This document shows, one piece after another, positions 51,791-61,599 of a stretch of 64,000 nucleotides of DNA. Source of the DNA: Oligoflexia bacterium (GTDB lineage Bacteria > Bdellovibrionota > UBA1018); contig CAVWVI010000004.1 of NCBI GenBank assembly GCA_963758495.1, positions 736,001-800,000 of the forward strand, in the 5' to 3' direction. A model generated the notes under the pieces. That model was not told where the DNA came from, ran no database searches, and saw only the letters and a program-made list of their open reading frames with translations. Position 1 is the stretch's first letter. Every line of letters begins with the position of its first letter. The translations under genes and the position numbers were made by a program.

Positions 51791-52687
51791 GTTTATTAAG
51801 TTCGATTTGTAGAGTGTGGATTCGTTCGATAACCTTCCGAATAGAGAAATTTCTCAAGTACGGAGCCAGAGTTCTCTAATCTCTTGATCCGTTATTTGTT
51901 GAAGTCTTTTGCAAAGAGCAGGTTCCTGAGTAAGATATATTAATATCGTGCTGATTGAGGGAGGCGGAACTGGAGGATGCTCTTCATCGCGAAATGACCT
52001 CCCCTGATCAATCGCAACGATCCGTTTGGAGGACGACAAATAGAGCCAATTCTTAGTATGGCGATCACAATTGTGGATGATGTAATCTAGAATTTTCATT
52101 TTTCTGAATCCGAAGATCATCGTGTCCTCTTCGATTCCAGTCACATTTTTCATAAAATACTGCACTGAGCCGATACCAACCCTTCTTATTTTCCTCTTAA
52201 CTGTAATGGGAACGACATTTAGTTCAAGCAGGGCGTCCATCGCATAAGCTGCCAATTCCGCATTCGCATCCGATAAGGGGATGCCAGCAAGAACTGGACG
52301 TCTGGAATCTTCAATTAGAGCTGTAGGCTCTTCCCAAGGAAATGGAATCTGTTTGATCTTGAAAATTCCATGAATACCATGTTCACATTTCAAGATTTTT
52401 TTTGACGATTCTCCATCAAGATTCTGCTCTTCCACTACGCATTTTCCGGTCCTCAATGTATCTTCAATAAGAGCTTTCAATCGAGTGAATTCCGAAAAAT
52501 TACCGTGTTCAAATTCCTGCCATGCTCTCTCCTGTAGGCTCTCTTCTGTATTAAATGACGTATTTGACAAGGGTAAAGTATCCTTAGGTGCACAACTCAC
52601 TCCGCTAGAAAAGCACAAAAAAAGGACCAAACTGCGTATAATAAAATTCGATTTTACGTCGATATGAAATGAAAAAGAGAGAAGCAT
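51777..52687 (-). CDS. PI3/PI4-kinase-like atypical kinase with lipoprotein-like signal; C-terminus probably frameshifted near 51870 (track ORF ends 51854)
   Basis: IFK, ELAAY..D..L....VP.TV.R, GSVQ, LDYIIHNCDRH..NWL, AIDQG; the alternative frame continues LAPYL...VIERI to 51777. Confidence 0.7.
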
Positions 52688-52826
52688 ACTTTATGTTTAA
52701 TTTTACCAGAACTCGAACCATACAGCAAACGATAAGTTACCTCGAATTCATCTACGACCTGTAACGCTCAATACTCATATTTCAATAATTAGTATTATTA
52801 AGGGTTATTGAACACCCTGTTTATGG

Positions 52827-53052
52827 TTGTGCTTTACCCACATCTTTATAACGCAATTTATTTGCTAAATTGTCCGTATTTTGATTTGAAATCCCAGCTT
52901 AAACATGGAGTTAATCATATGACATCAAATACAGACACAATAAATGATGAGAAGAGGGTTGATCAAGAATTTGGTAGCACTAGATTTCGAGACAAAAGAT
53001 TGAGTAATCGTGTGATACAAATTATCGAAGATTTCTAAAATAATCCTACTAT
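52827..53052 (+). mobile_element. IS4-family (IS50/Tn5-like) left-end remnant
   Basis: TTGTGCTTTACCCACATCT matches the Tn5 mosaic end at 13/19; downstream EFGSTRFRDKRLSNRV resembles the IS50 transposase N-terminal DNA-binding motif, then a stop. Confidence 0.65.
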
Positions 53053-53102
53053 TGATAGAAGAAATATTTTTATTTTCCGAATACTTTTGAATTAAACGAG
53101 AC

Positions 53103-54023
53103 TTGAGCCATTTTATGAAACAATTTTATTTAATAATACTTATTTGCATCTTTCTATTAGACTGTAATCAGCAGTATACTGGATCCCCCCGACAAAGAAG
53201 AACTCATTCAATAATAGAAAGGCCTAAAATATGGTCAAATATTAATAAAGTTGTCGTAATTTTTTTAGAAAATACTGACTTCGAAGATACTGTTAATCGA
53301 CCTTTCATGAAACAACTCTCTCAAAACGGGGCTCTTCTCACGAGCTACTATGGAATTACTCATCCTTCTCAACCTAATTACATTGCATTTATATCTGGGC
53401 AAACTCATGGAGTAGATAATAATAAGAATGTAAGCATTAAGGCATCGCATTTAGGAGACTTATTGAAAAATGCTGATAAAACTTGGAAATCCTATGCCGA
53501 GGAATATCCAGGTAGTTGCTACTTAGGGGCTCACTCAGGCAAATACTATCGTAAGCATGAACCTTTCATTAGTTTCGAAAATATTCAAAGCGATCCAAAA
53601 AGATGCTCTCAAATCGTAAATGCGGATCAATTCCAATCCGATTTACAATCTCAAACCCTTCCCCATTTTAGTCTTTATATTCCTGACATCAAAAACAATG
53701 GTCACGACACAGGAGTAGAGTATGCTGACAAATGGCTTTCAGAATTTTTTTCCAATATTAATCAAAACGTCCTGTATAACACAACTTTTATAATTACCTT
53801 TGATGAAGGTGGGGGCAGTCAAAATAATAGAATTGCGACTTATTTTTATGGTGCAGGGGTAAAACCAGGAAGTACATCTGATCAAGATTACGATCACTAC
53901 TGCCTTTTACGAACTATTGAGGATATTTTTAACCTTCCAAATCTAGGAAATTATGACCAGTCTGCTTCGCCTATTGATGATATTTGGATTCGGTCGAGTG
54001 AAGAAAGTCTGGTATTGTTTTAG
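53103..54023 (+). CDS. Secreted phosphoesterase (acid phosphatase/PLC family)
   Basis: VVIFLEN, THPSQPNY, YYRKHEPF, NGHD, ITFDE, YDHY.LLRTIE. Confidence 0.9.
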   Translation: MSHFMKQFYLIILICIFLLDCNQQYTGSPRQRRTHSIIERPKIWSNINKVVVIFLENTDFEDTVNRPFMKQLSQNGALLTSYYGITHPSQPNYIAFISGQTHGVDNNKNVSIKASHLGDLLKNADKTWKSYAEEYPGSCYLGAHSGKYYRKHEPFISFENIQSDPKRCSQIVNADQFQSDLQSQTLPHFSLYIPDIKNNGHDTGVEYADKWLSEFFSNINQNVLYNTTFIITFDEGGGSQNNRIATYFYGAGVKPGSTSDQDYDHYCLLRTIEDIFNLPNLGNYDQSASPIDDIWIRSSEESLVLF

Positions 54024-54026
54024 CGT

Positions 54027-54320
54027 ATGAAATTTCTGATTCGCTGGCTGGGTATAAGTCTATGTTTCCATCTCTTAGCAGGCTGGCTGAGTGTTGGATT
54101 TTATGACATGGATGAACATTTTCAGATTTTTAGAATTTCTGAATTACCACTTAGGATGATCTGAAGCAAAGAGCCTAACTTGGGAACTTCATGCTCACAT
54201 GCGCCCTTGGTTACAGCCATTTCTTCATGAAGGGAGATTGTAAGGCTTGCCATCCGATTTGGGATTCATGATCCTTTTAAATGAGCCATGATGCTAAGAC
54301 TATTTTCTGCCTTGCTAGTG
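54027..54320 (+). pseudogene. N-terminal fragment of a PIG-B/Alg9-like (GT22) membrane glycosyltransferase
   Basis: My translation across a frameshift and stop: GFYDMDEHFQI/LEFLNYHLG*...LTWELHAHMRPWLQP. Confidence 0.55.
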
Positions 54321-54487
54321 GGTCAGATGGCTCCGAGATGACCAATGGAGCAAGCAACCTTTCGATCGGCTTCTACTAATAGGTACTTTCGAAGTAGCAC
54401 CAGAACCTGATAAAGCGTAGATGACAGAGTTCATTAGAAAGAGTTGCTCACCTCTTCCTTGAGGGTTCCTTTTGGGTCCGCTCAGTA

Positions 54488-54810
54488 TTGCTGGTAAATT
54501 TTAGCCAGTCTGGTGAAGTCAGAAAGTGTAGTGGCTTTCATGATGAGCCACTGAAAGGGAACCGATCTGGCCAGCGCTCTATTAGGTTAAATAAATACTA
54601 TAAATCTATGTACACTGAAAACAGGGATGAAGAGTTAGAACTAATCGAAGTGATTGAGGTAAATAAGCATGAATACTAAAAAATATGGATCTAAAAATCT
54701 AAAAAAAGCCGAGAAAAGACAACCATCGGAGAGTTCCTTCACACATGGAGAACCTCTGAGGAAATGACCCTAAAGAATTTTGGTAAATAATAGGAATGTC
54801 TGTGGCTAAC
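54488..54810 (+). pseudogene. Decayed HigB/RelE toxin plus HTH antitoxin pair
   Basis: GFHDEPLKG.R.GQRSIRL...EVNKHEY without its N-terminus, overlapping an antitoxin start (ATG 54669) that is disrupted and truncated. Confidence 0.75.
54720..54807 (+). repeat. Direct repeat copy 2 (about 88 bp)
   Basis: Matches 38244-38332. Confidence 0.85.
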
Positions 54811-55177
54811 CATCACAGAAAGGCTACAATAGATTAAAATTGGTTAATAAAATTTAACTCGTCTTGAGGTCTAAATTTCTGTGAAAACTTCTCAAGTTTT
54901 AGAAGTCCGTATTTTTCGTAAGGATAATATTATGAAGATAAAATCCAATTATTTCTGAAAATTCTAAGATCGATCTCACTGTTTTAGAATGAGAATTAAA
55001 ACCCACATTTAATTTTAAACCATCGTCCTATCTGAATGATTAGATTAAAATACGATCAGTCACTTATTTGTAGATGACAAATATCCATTTTATAAAAAAC
55101 GATATACTTTTTTTATCAACCGTGTGACAAATTAAGTTCTTATAAATTCTACTTTTGAGAAAGCGAATATTAAAGAA

Positions 55178-55927
55178 ATGAGTCGGAAACTTAGAAAGCC
55201 ACCTTCGTATTTAAGAAAACCATGGTTTGCATCAAAAATTATAGAAATTGGGGCCGGACAACTTCCTTATCAAGGCGTAACCCATATTGTAGATAAGTAT
55301 CCAGAAAGCAATGAGCAGCGAGGGGAAGACTTATTTGTACCACAAGGAATGAAATTTTTTGCTGGAGAGATGGAAGCACTACCCTTTCCAGCGGGAGAGC
55401 GATTTGATTATCTTTATGCTCGACATATATTTGAGCATGTTCTTGATCCAGAAAAGTCGGTCAAAGAAATAAATAGAGTTTCCAATCGCGGATATATTGA
55501 GACGCCAAGTCCGTTCTACGAAATGATCTGCTGTAGTTTTCCATTTAATCCAAAAGATATGCATACTCTTTTTGTTTGGGCAAATCCCCGAAAAAATGAA
55601 CTTTATGTAATCAAAAAATCGGCAAAAATGATTGAAAATTTCTGTACTTGTCAGAATGGACACCTTGCTCGTCGCATTACGGAATTTAAACGTTCTAAAC
55701 GAGGACCAGTCGAAGATGGGTGGTTTCCAAATTCAACTAAAACAACAAAACTCTTCTTTAGGGGTCCGATTGTATTAAAAATTTACAGCGACTTTAAAAC
55801 ACCTTGCTCTGAAGGACATTGTGCTTTCTCTTGTTTAGAGGCAGTTAGGCTTTGGAGTGCTTGGCCGATTGCACTTTTCAGAAAAAAATCAAATCAACTG
55901 AAACAGCTCTTGAATAACCTAGATTAA
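55178..55927 (+). CDS. Class I SAM-dependent methyltransferase-like protein
   Basis: IIEIGAG, LPF...FDY.Y.RHIFEHV.DP...EI.RV..RGYIETP. Confidence 0.8.
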   Translation: MSRKLRKPPSYLRKPWFASKIIEIGAGQLPYQGVTHIVDKYPESNEQRGEDLFVPQGMKFFAGEMEALPFPAGERFDYLYARHIFEHVLDPEKSVKEINRVSNRGYIETPSPFYEMICCSFPFNPKDMHTLFVWANPRKNELYVIKKSAKMIENFCTCQNGHLARRITEFKRSKRGPVEDGWFPNSTKTTKLFFRGPIVLKIYSDFKTPCSEGHCAFSCLEAVRLWSAWPIALFRKKSNQLKQLLNNLD

Positions 55928-56070
55928 TAGTAACTAAATAATCCTGATTATGAGGATTCTGTTCGATGTAGGCTGTAGCATAAGTTAAAGCCTTTGGTAT
56001 TAACTTCATCAAAATTCCTCCTCCTACTTTATTTAATTTTTTTCGAAATATGGGCTTTTCTTAGATGTTT

Positions 56071-57634
56071 CTAATTTTTAACTTGATGGCGTATGTTGGA
56101 GTTTTTTAGCACTCCAATCTTGCTAGTGAGGCAGTCTTTACTTAAATAATACTCAGGAAATCGAAGCCCTTTTTCTGAAAGTTTTCGAGATAGAATGTCC
56201 ATAAAAGGTTTTTTTAATTCTGAATCATTAGATAGTATATCTTTGTAACCATCGGATCGAGGATGATAAGGCATCCCAAAAGACTTGGACGATGTCATGA
56301 TTTCGTGAATAGAGTGATCCTCAGGAACCATCCACGCAATCAAATTTAATCTCAATAATTCCATATCATTTTTAGAATGAAGACCAAGGAGGCCAGACAA
56401 GGTCAATAAATGATCAGTAGTTCCAGATATTCCCGCTTGTAAAGGTAACCCTAATTGCTTAGATACTTTAACGAATTCAGAATTAGATTCTTTATTGATT
56501 TGATAAAAATCATTCCCACTGACCCAACGTACTCTTTTTTGAACTCCAAGACTTGAAGGCGATTGGTTCTTGTCAAGATGAGGCAATTCACCTGTTTCTT
56601 TTAGGTACTCTGCTTTATCAATAACACCTGCCAGATACAATTCAGCAACTGTAGGCTTGAGCTTCATTCTTTCTGCTTTCTCTTCCGTAGTTCGTGCAAT
56701 ACGGATCTTTGCGGATACATTATGCTGCGCGTAAGCGCCATAATCAAACATAGGATATGGGGTACCCTTGCCTGCAATATGTTGTACTAGTCCAGTTTCA
56801 AGTTGCCAATTTTGATTATTTTTTTTCAATGCATGATTGAGACGATTGACTAAATCAGGGTCCTGCTGTTCTTTAAGTAAAAGATCATTTAAAAAGAACT
56901 CGACTTTTGTAAATAATATACATTTTTGTTCGAAAACTGCTCCATTCTAAACCAATAGGTGGCGTATGCACTTGAGCTACCCTTAGAATGGATAATGGAT
57001 TTGAACCCACAAATCCTGACTCGGTATTTGAATCACCTTTATTAGAACTGCCCATATAGTTTGATAAATCTTGATAAAGACGCAATTTAGGATCTTTCAC
57101 AATATTTTTACTTGGGCTTATCTCAATATTTGCTTGCATGAGAGAAATGAGTCTATCCGAAATCAGATTCACTTGAGAGAACATTTTTGATGGTCCGACA
57201 TGTCCAGAAACCGAAGAATTTTTCAGAAGTTCCCTTGCCGCTTCACCAGACAAGGTATTGATAATTTCCTGAGCATAAAAATAATCCTTCTTACATGACT
57301 GTACACTACGAGATAGAAGGTCCGATTTCTCCTGACCAGGAAGTTCCTGAAGTATTGTTGAAACAGAATCTAAAGTTTGCTTGGAGAATTCAGGTAATTG
57401 ACTCGGATGAAAATCGAGAGCACCATCCTTTGGATCCATTTTCCATGATTTCCAAGTATGAGCTTTAATTGGACTTGAAATGCATTTTGGCATTGCAAGA
57501 TTACTGTCTTCTGTCCTTATTTTGAGTTCTGTTAGGCGTTGAAAAATTTGAGTAATATCTAAAGATAGAGAGTCACTCAATGCGTAAGAAGGAAATGCAC
57601 AAAAAAAGAACAATGCAATAATAAATAGCTTCAT
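56071..57634 (-). pseudogene. Secreted effector-like protein split by one frameshift (ORFs 56885-57652 and 56071-56829); C-terminal S-HxxxE motif
   Basis: Signal MKLFIIALFFFCAFPSYA; the downstream frame is open across the first ORF's stop; AGISGTT ... DHSIHEI. Confidence 0.6.
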
Positions 57635-57707
57635 GGTAATAAAATAATACACTTACTTTTATTATTGGAGCATATTATTTCATATATACTATACAATTAC
57701 TTGGTGA

Positions 57708-58181
57708 TCCTACTTAACTATTGCAGGTGCTTTAGCTGGAACTGGTGTCGGAGGTGCTTTAACAGGCGCTGGATTAGCTTATTCAACAAACATTGTAACC
57801 CAAACCGTTCAGAGTACGACACCTAGAAATTTTGATCATGCAAGTGCAGTGGTATCTGGTGGTGCTTCTTTACTGGGTACCGCAGTAGGGTCATTAGCTT
57901 CCAATTATTTACACATTCCTCCCCAGGTAATTGGGAATACATTATCTAACATTTCGCAATCTCTGACAAAATCAGATTCTATCATTTCAAATTTTTTCGG
58001 AGGATTAGCTGGAAGTGGCGCGGATCTTCTTGGTCAAAGCTTTCTAACAGCTCCATCAAACTCAAATTCTGTTTCTAGTTTGTTCAATGGAAATCTGAGT
58101 GGTCAGAACTCTCAGAGTTCATCAAGCTTCAATCAATTTTTAAACTCTGGAACATCCCCAAGTTCGTCGAGTGGCTTTTAA
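57708..58181 (+). pseudogene. Headless Gly/Ser-rich fragment resembling an orphan Rhs C-terminal region
   Basis: Open frame from 57708 without a good start: IAGALAGTGVGGALTGAGLAY...Q....FD...VVSGG. Confidence 0.45.
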
Positions 58182-58192
58182 GAAAGAAAAAA

Positions 58193-58411
58193 ATGTCAAA
58201 ACCTGAAGTAAATTTTTTGGCACATCTAATCAGCATGGTATTTTTCATAGTAGCAATTCCAATTTTGTTGAAGGAGATTAAAAAAGTCAAAAATATGACT
58301 AAAAAAAGGCATTTAAGAGTAATATATAAGGTTGGATTATTTGTTGGCATCTGTGACCTATTGTTTTCAGTGTCAGAGTTCTTATATAAAATTTATTTCA
58401 AAATATATTAG
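58193..58411 (+). CDS. Small two-TM protein, possible immunity partner
   Basis: 72 aa, two hydrophobic helices separated by a basic loop; 11 bp after the preceding fragment. Confidence 0.5.
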   Translation: MSKPEVNFLAHLISMVFFIVAIPILLKEIKKVKNMTKKRHLRVIYKVGLFVGICDLLFSVSEFLYKIYFKIY

Positions 58412-58547
58412 GTGCTACCCCTATAAAGACTAACCCTCATCACACCCTCCACTTAAATCTGTTCATAAAGGGCAATCGTAATGTCGATATCTTAACGCAC
58501 ATAGAGCTAGAAGCGCACCTCCTCCCAGATCATCATAATTTTCTCTT

Positions 58548-60716
58548 TCAGCGTGTTGGCTGAGCGAGGCTCTCTTTGAGATAGACTCTTCTTGCCTTCA
58601 ATCTCTTTGTCTTAACTAATTCTAACTCTTCTGGGAGTAAGACAAGTTCCCCGTCACTTTTCCATTCTGCCGCAAGATTACGATGAACCAATGTACCTCC
58701 TGGTGGTGCCGCCGACTGAAGCCGTGCCGCCTCAACAACCACATTACCGTTCGTTGTCACTCCGAGCGAACCACAAACTAGGTTAATTTCTCCGAAATTG
58801 GCGCCAACTTGAACGCGTATAGGTTTAAATCCCTGACGAGTACAGAATTCTGATCCTTCTTCTTTTGCAAATTTCATTATATTCACGAGAACATGATAAA
58901 CTGCATCAGGAATTCGACAGTGACTATGCATTAACTCTTGAATACACACAAGATAGACACCATCCCCCGAAGTTTTTCCTTCGCGAACTGCCCAAGGACG
59001 CACTCTCTTGCATAAAGCCGGCATATATACTTCAGCAATGAAGTCTGCATAGGGCTTACCAAATTTTTCCATATTATCGGAATAAGAGTTTAGATCAACA
59101 AAGATTGAGCCTACTTCAACTGGAAAGTTTCCGTCACCTTTACTTAATCTGAGACTTTCTAGCTCAAAAGCCATTCGACTTGCAAAGTCATCAATCTGGT
59201 TATCAAGACCTTGAAGTGCTTTGAATATTCTTTTAATCGTATCTAGTGCTTCAAACGCCTGATAGGTGTGGTTTTCATTGGCATTAGATAAATTAATTAC
59301 TGCCTGTCTACCTATCGGAACATTAATGATCCATGAACCATCATCCCTGCTTTTATGAATTAAGGGTGATCGTTCAAGTACTGCTTGTTGCATAATGCTG
59401 CCCCTGCCCTCAGAAAGATCAATGATATTATCTAGTTTAGTATCTTTTGTATAACCTCTCTCAGCAAGGCGGTGAAACCGCTTCCCCATAATATCATTTT
59501 TCCCTATCGCAAACTCATCAATATAAATACTCATTCGAGCAAACTTTAATTTCTTATACAGTTCGATTCCAATAAAAATCAATTTAGTCTGAACGTCATT
59601 CTTTCCATTGATTTCACCGAGCACATCTCCAACTGTTGTTTCTATTTCACGACTTCGATCATCACTGACAATTTTAATATGTGCCATTAAAAGAGAAATT
59701 AATATGGGTATTGCTGCTGAAGGATAGGGTGTAACTCCGTGTTGCTCATAATACGAATTTACGCACAGAACAATTCCCCAATTTACAGCGATCATTCGTA
59801 AATAATAAGCTGACTTTGTTTTTATTTCTCGAAGATCAACTATTGATAGTACCAGCATAAGTAGAAACACCCAAAAGGTATTTCGGTACCAGGAGCGAAA
59901 GTAAGAAGGATTCGTTAATCCGAATAAAGGGAATGATATAAACAGTAATGCAAATACGACGTGTACCCATTTTCTTGTCACCGCATAATAGGCACATACA
60001 GAATAAAAGGTCCAAGCAACAAAGACTCGAATGCAAGTATGTATAATTGAAGCGTCAATTCCTGAGAAAAACAGATAAAAGAACTGGCTATTAGATAACG
60101 TGTACAAAAGCATTCCTATGCCAAAAATAATAAACTGGCTCCCAATTTTTAGGGACTGGTGTGTTGAGGTTTTTTTTCCAGATAAAAATATTGAAATAAG
60201 AAGGAGTGATGAAGTCGGTCCAATATATAGCTCCATGAATTCACGAAAAAGCTGAAGAAATGCTCCATAGTTATATGGAGCTAAAATGGGATCATTCGGC
60301 AATGATATAGAAAGTCCGGCATCATCTCGACAATCGACCTCAAGAAGCTTTGGCTTGGACACATCCGAAACAGCAAAATCTCCCCTAAGTGGAAGTTTAG
60401 AACGGAAACCCGATTTGCTTGAACGCGTAGATTCAATTACTACTCCATCGAGTATGATATCGCAGGGTCCACGTGGACGACCAACGCTCACAACGTATTG
60501 ACCTGCTGAGAGACCTCCTAAGCTAGTACGCCACGTGGCTGGACCACTTTTAACTAAAGAAGTTCCTCCTGAGATCCATAAAGTAATAGGGGTAGAAATA
60601 TTCGATAGAACTATGGAAATAATTAAGAGGCCAATTCCTGATAAGAACGAGACAAGTACATTATATTTACTAATCTTTTTAAATAGTTTCATCCGCTCGT
60701 ACGGCTTCCTTTGCAA
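58548..60716 (-). CDS. Membrane sensor with class III nucleotide cyclase-like C-terminal domain
   Basis: Periplasmic domain, about 7 TM, GAF-like middle, FVDLNSYS, GDG, RVQVGANFG, G.VVVEAARLQSAA. Confidence 0.75.
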   Translation of the reverse strand: MQRKPYERMKLFKKISKYNVLVSFLSGIGLLIISIVLSNISTPITLWISGGTSLVKSGPATWRTSLGGLSAGQYVVSVGRPRGPCDIILDGVVIESTRSSKSGFRSKLPLRGDFAVSDVSKPKLLEVDCRDDAGLSISLPNDPILAPYNYGAFLQLFREFMELYIGPTSSLLLISIFLSGKKTSTHQSLKIGSQFIIFGIGMLLYTLSNSQFFYLFFSGIDASIIHTCIRVFVAWTFYSVCAYYAVTRKWVHVVFALLFISFPLFGLTNPSYFRSWYRNTFWVFLLMLVLSIVDLREIKTKSAYYLRMIAVNWGIVLCVNSYYEQHGVTPYPSAAIPILISLLMAHIKIVSDDRSREIETTVGDVLGEINGKNDVQTKLIFIGIELYKKLKFARMSIYIDEFAIGKNDIMGKRFHRLAERGYTKDTKLDNIIDLSEGRGSIMQQAVLERSPLIHKSRDDGSWIINVPIGRQAVINLSNANENHTYQAFEALDTIKRIFKALQGLDNQIDDFASRMAFELESLRLSKGDGNFPVEVGSIFVDLNSYSDNMEKFGKPYADFIAEVYMPALCKRVRPWAVREGKTSGDGVYLVCIQELMHSHCRIPDAVYHVLVNIMKFAKEEGSEFCTRQGFKPIRVQVGANFGEINLVCGSLGVTTNGNVVVEAARLQSAAPPGGTLVHRNLAAEWKSDGELVLLPEELELVKTKRLKARRVYLKESLAQPTR

Positions 60717-61599
60717 ATGTTCGGATATAATTCTGATTTTTCTGAATTCCGTTCAAAACCGGATCCGATATCTTGGTCCTTGCAAGATTATCGAGTTCTT
60801 GATTGAGAGTTCCATTCTTTCTATTCCATTCTAGGTGAGAGATAATCGCTGTAATCTTGAAAAGAATAGGTAGATTTGACTCCGCAATCTGAAAAAGATC
60901 TTGATAGCGATGTTCTTTATTGTCGCCTCCTGTAATTTCGAGAAGGTAAAGGAGTGTCTGTTGTCCTCGTAATGCCATAGGGGTTAATTGATGGACGCTT
61001 TGAAGAATAATGGAATATTGAAGTGCAATAGATTCCAGCCATTTGAATGATACATAGGCCTGCAAATGGTTTGCTAATCTCCCAGTAAAATGTAGCCCGT
61101 CCTTATTTAAAGCTGATTCAGCGAGATTTCTTAGTGTAATCTCAAGTTGCGGTGGCATAACATAGTCTTTAAATGCGCCTATGTACTGATCCCATAATAA
61201 GTTAAAATAAATTCTAGAAGTTTCTCTACTTGTTAACTCACTAATTGATTTGTACGCAATCAATCGTTTGTTAAAAGACGTTGATCCAGCTGAACGAGCG
61301 CTAGGTCCATTATTGTAAAGAATAACGCCGAAGCAGGGTAGACCTTGACTTTCATAGTGTTTAGCTAGCTCTTTGAAAATCTTTTCAAAGGATATTGGAT
61401 CACAATCCTCACTTAAAAAAAGAAATCCAATATCTTGTCTTTCCTTGCAATAAGCAAAAATATCTTCATATTTTGTAAAAGCCTCAGCGTCGGCATTAGT
61501 CTCGTCCACAATTACTTGCTTGAGTGCTTGTCCATCGTCAATGGATCGAGTCAGAATGGCTATATTTAGGTCATCCCACCTTTTCTCTTGAGCGCTCAC
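60679..61599 (-). CDS. Hypothetical protein, possible degenerate receiver-like N-terminus
   Basis: 306-aa ORF overlapping both neighbours; alternating beta/alpha N-terminal pattern. Confidence 0.55.
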   Translation of the reverse strand: MSAQEKRWDDLNIAILTRSIDDGQALKQVIVDETNADAEAFTKYEDIFAYCKERQDIGFLFLSEDCDPISFEKIFKELAKHYESQGLPCFGVILYNNGPSARSAGSTSFNKRLIAYKSISELTSRETSRIYFNLLWDQYIGAFKDYVMPPQLEITLRNLAESALNKDGLHFTGRLANHLQAYVSFKWLESIALQYSIILQSVHQLTPMALRGQQTLLYLLEITGGDNKEHRYQDLFQIAESNLPILFKITAIISHLEWNRKNGTLNQELDNLARTKISDPVLNGIQKNQNYIRTFAKEAVRADETI

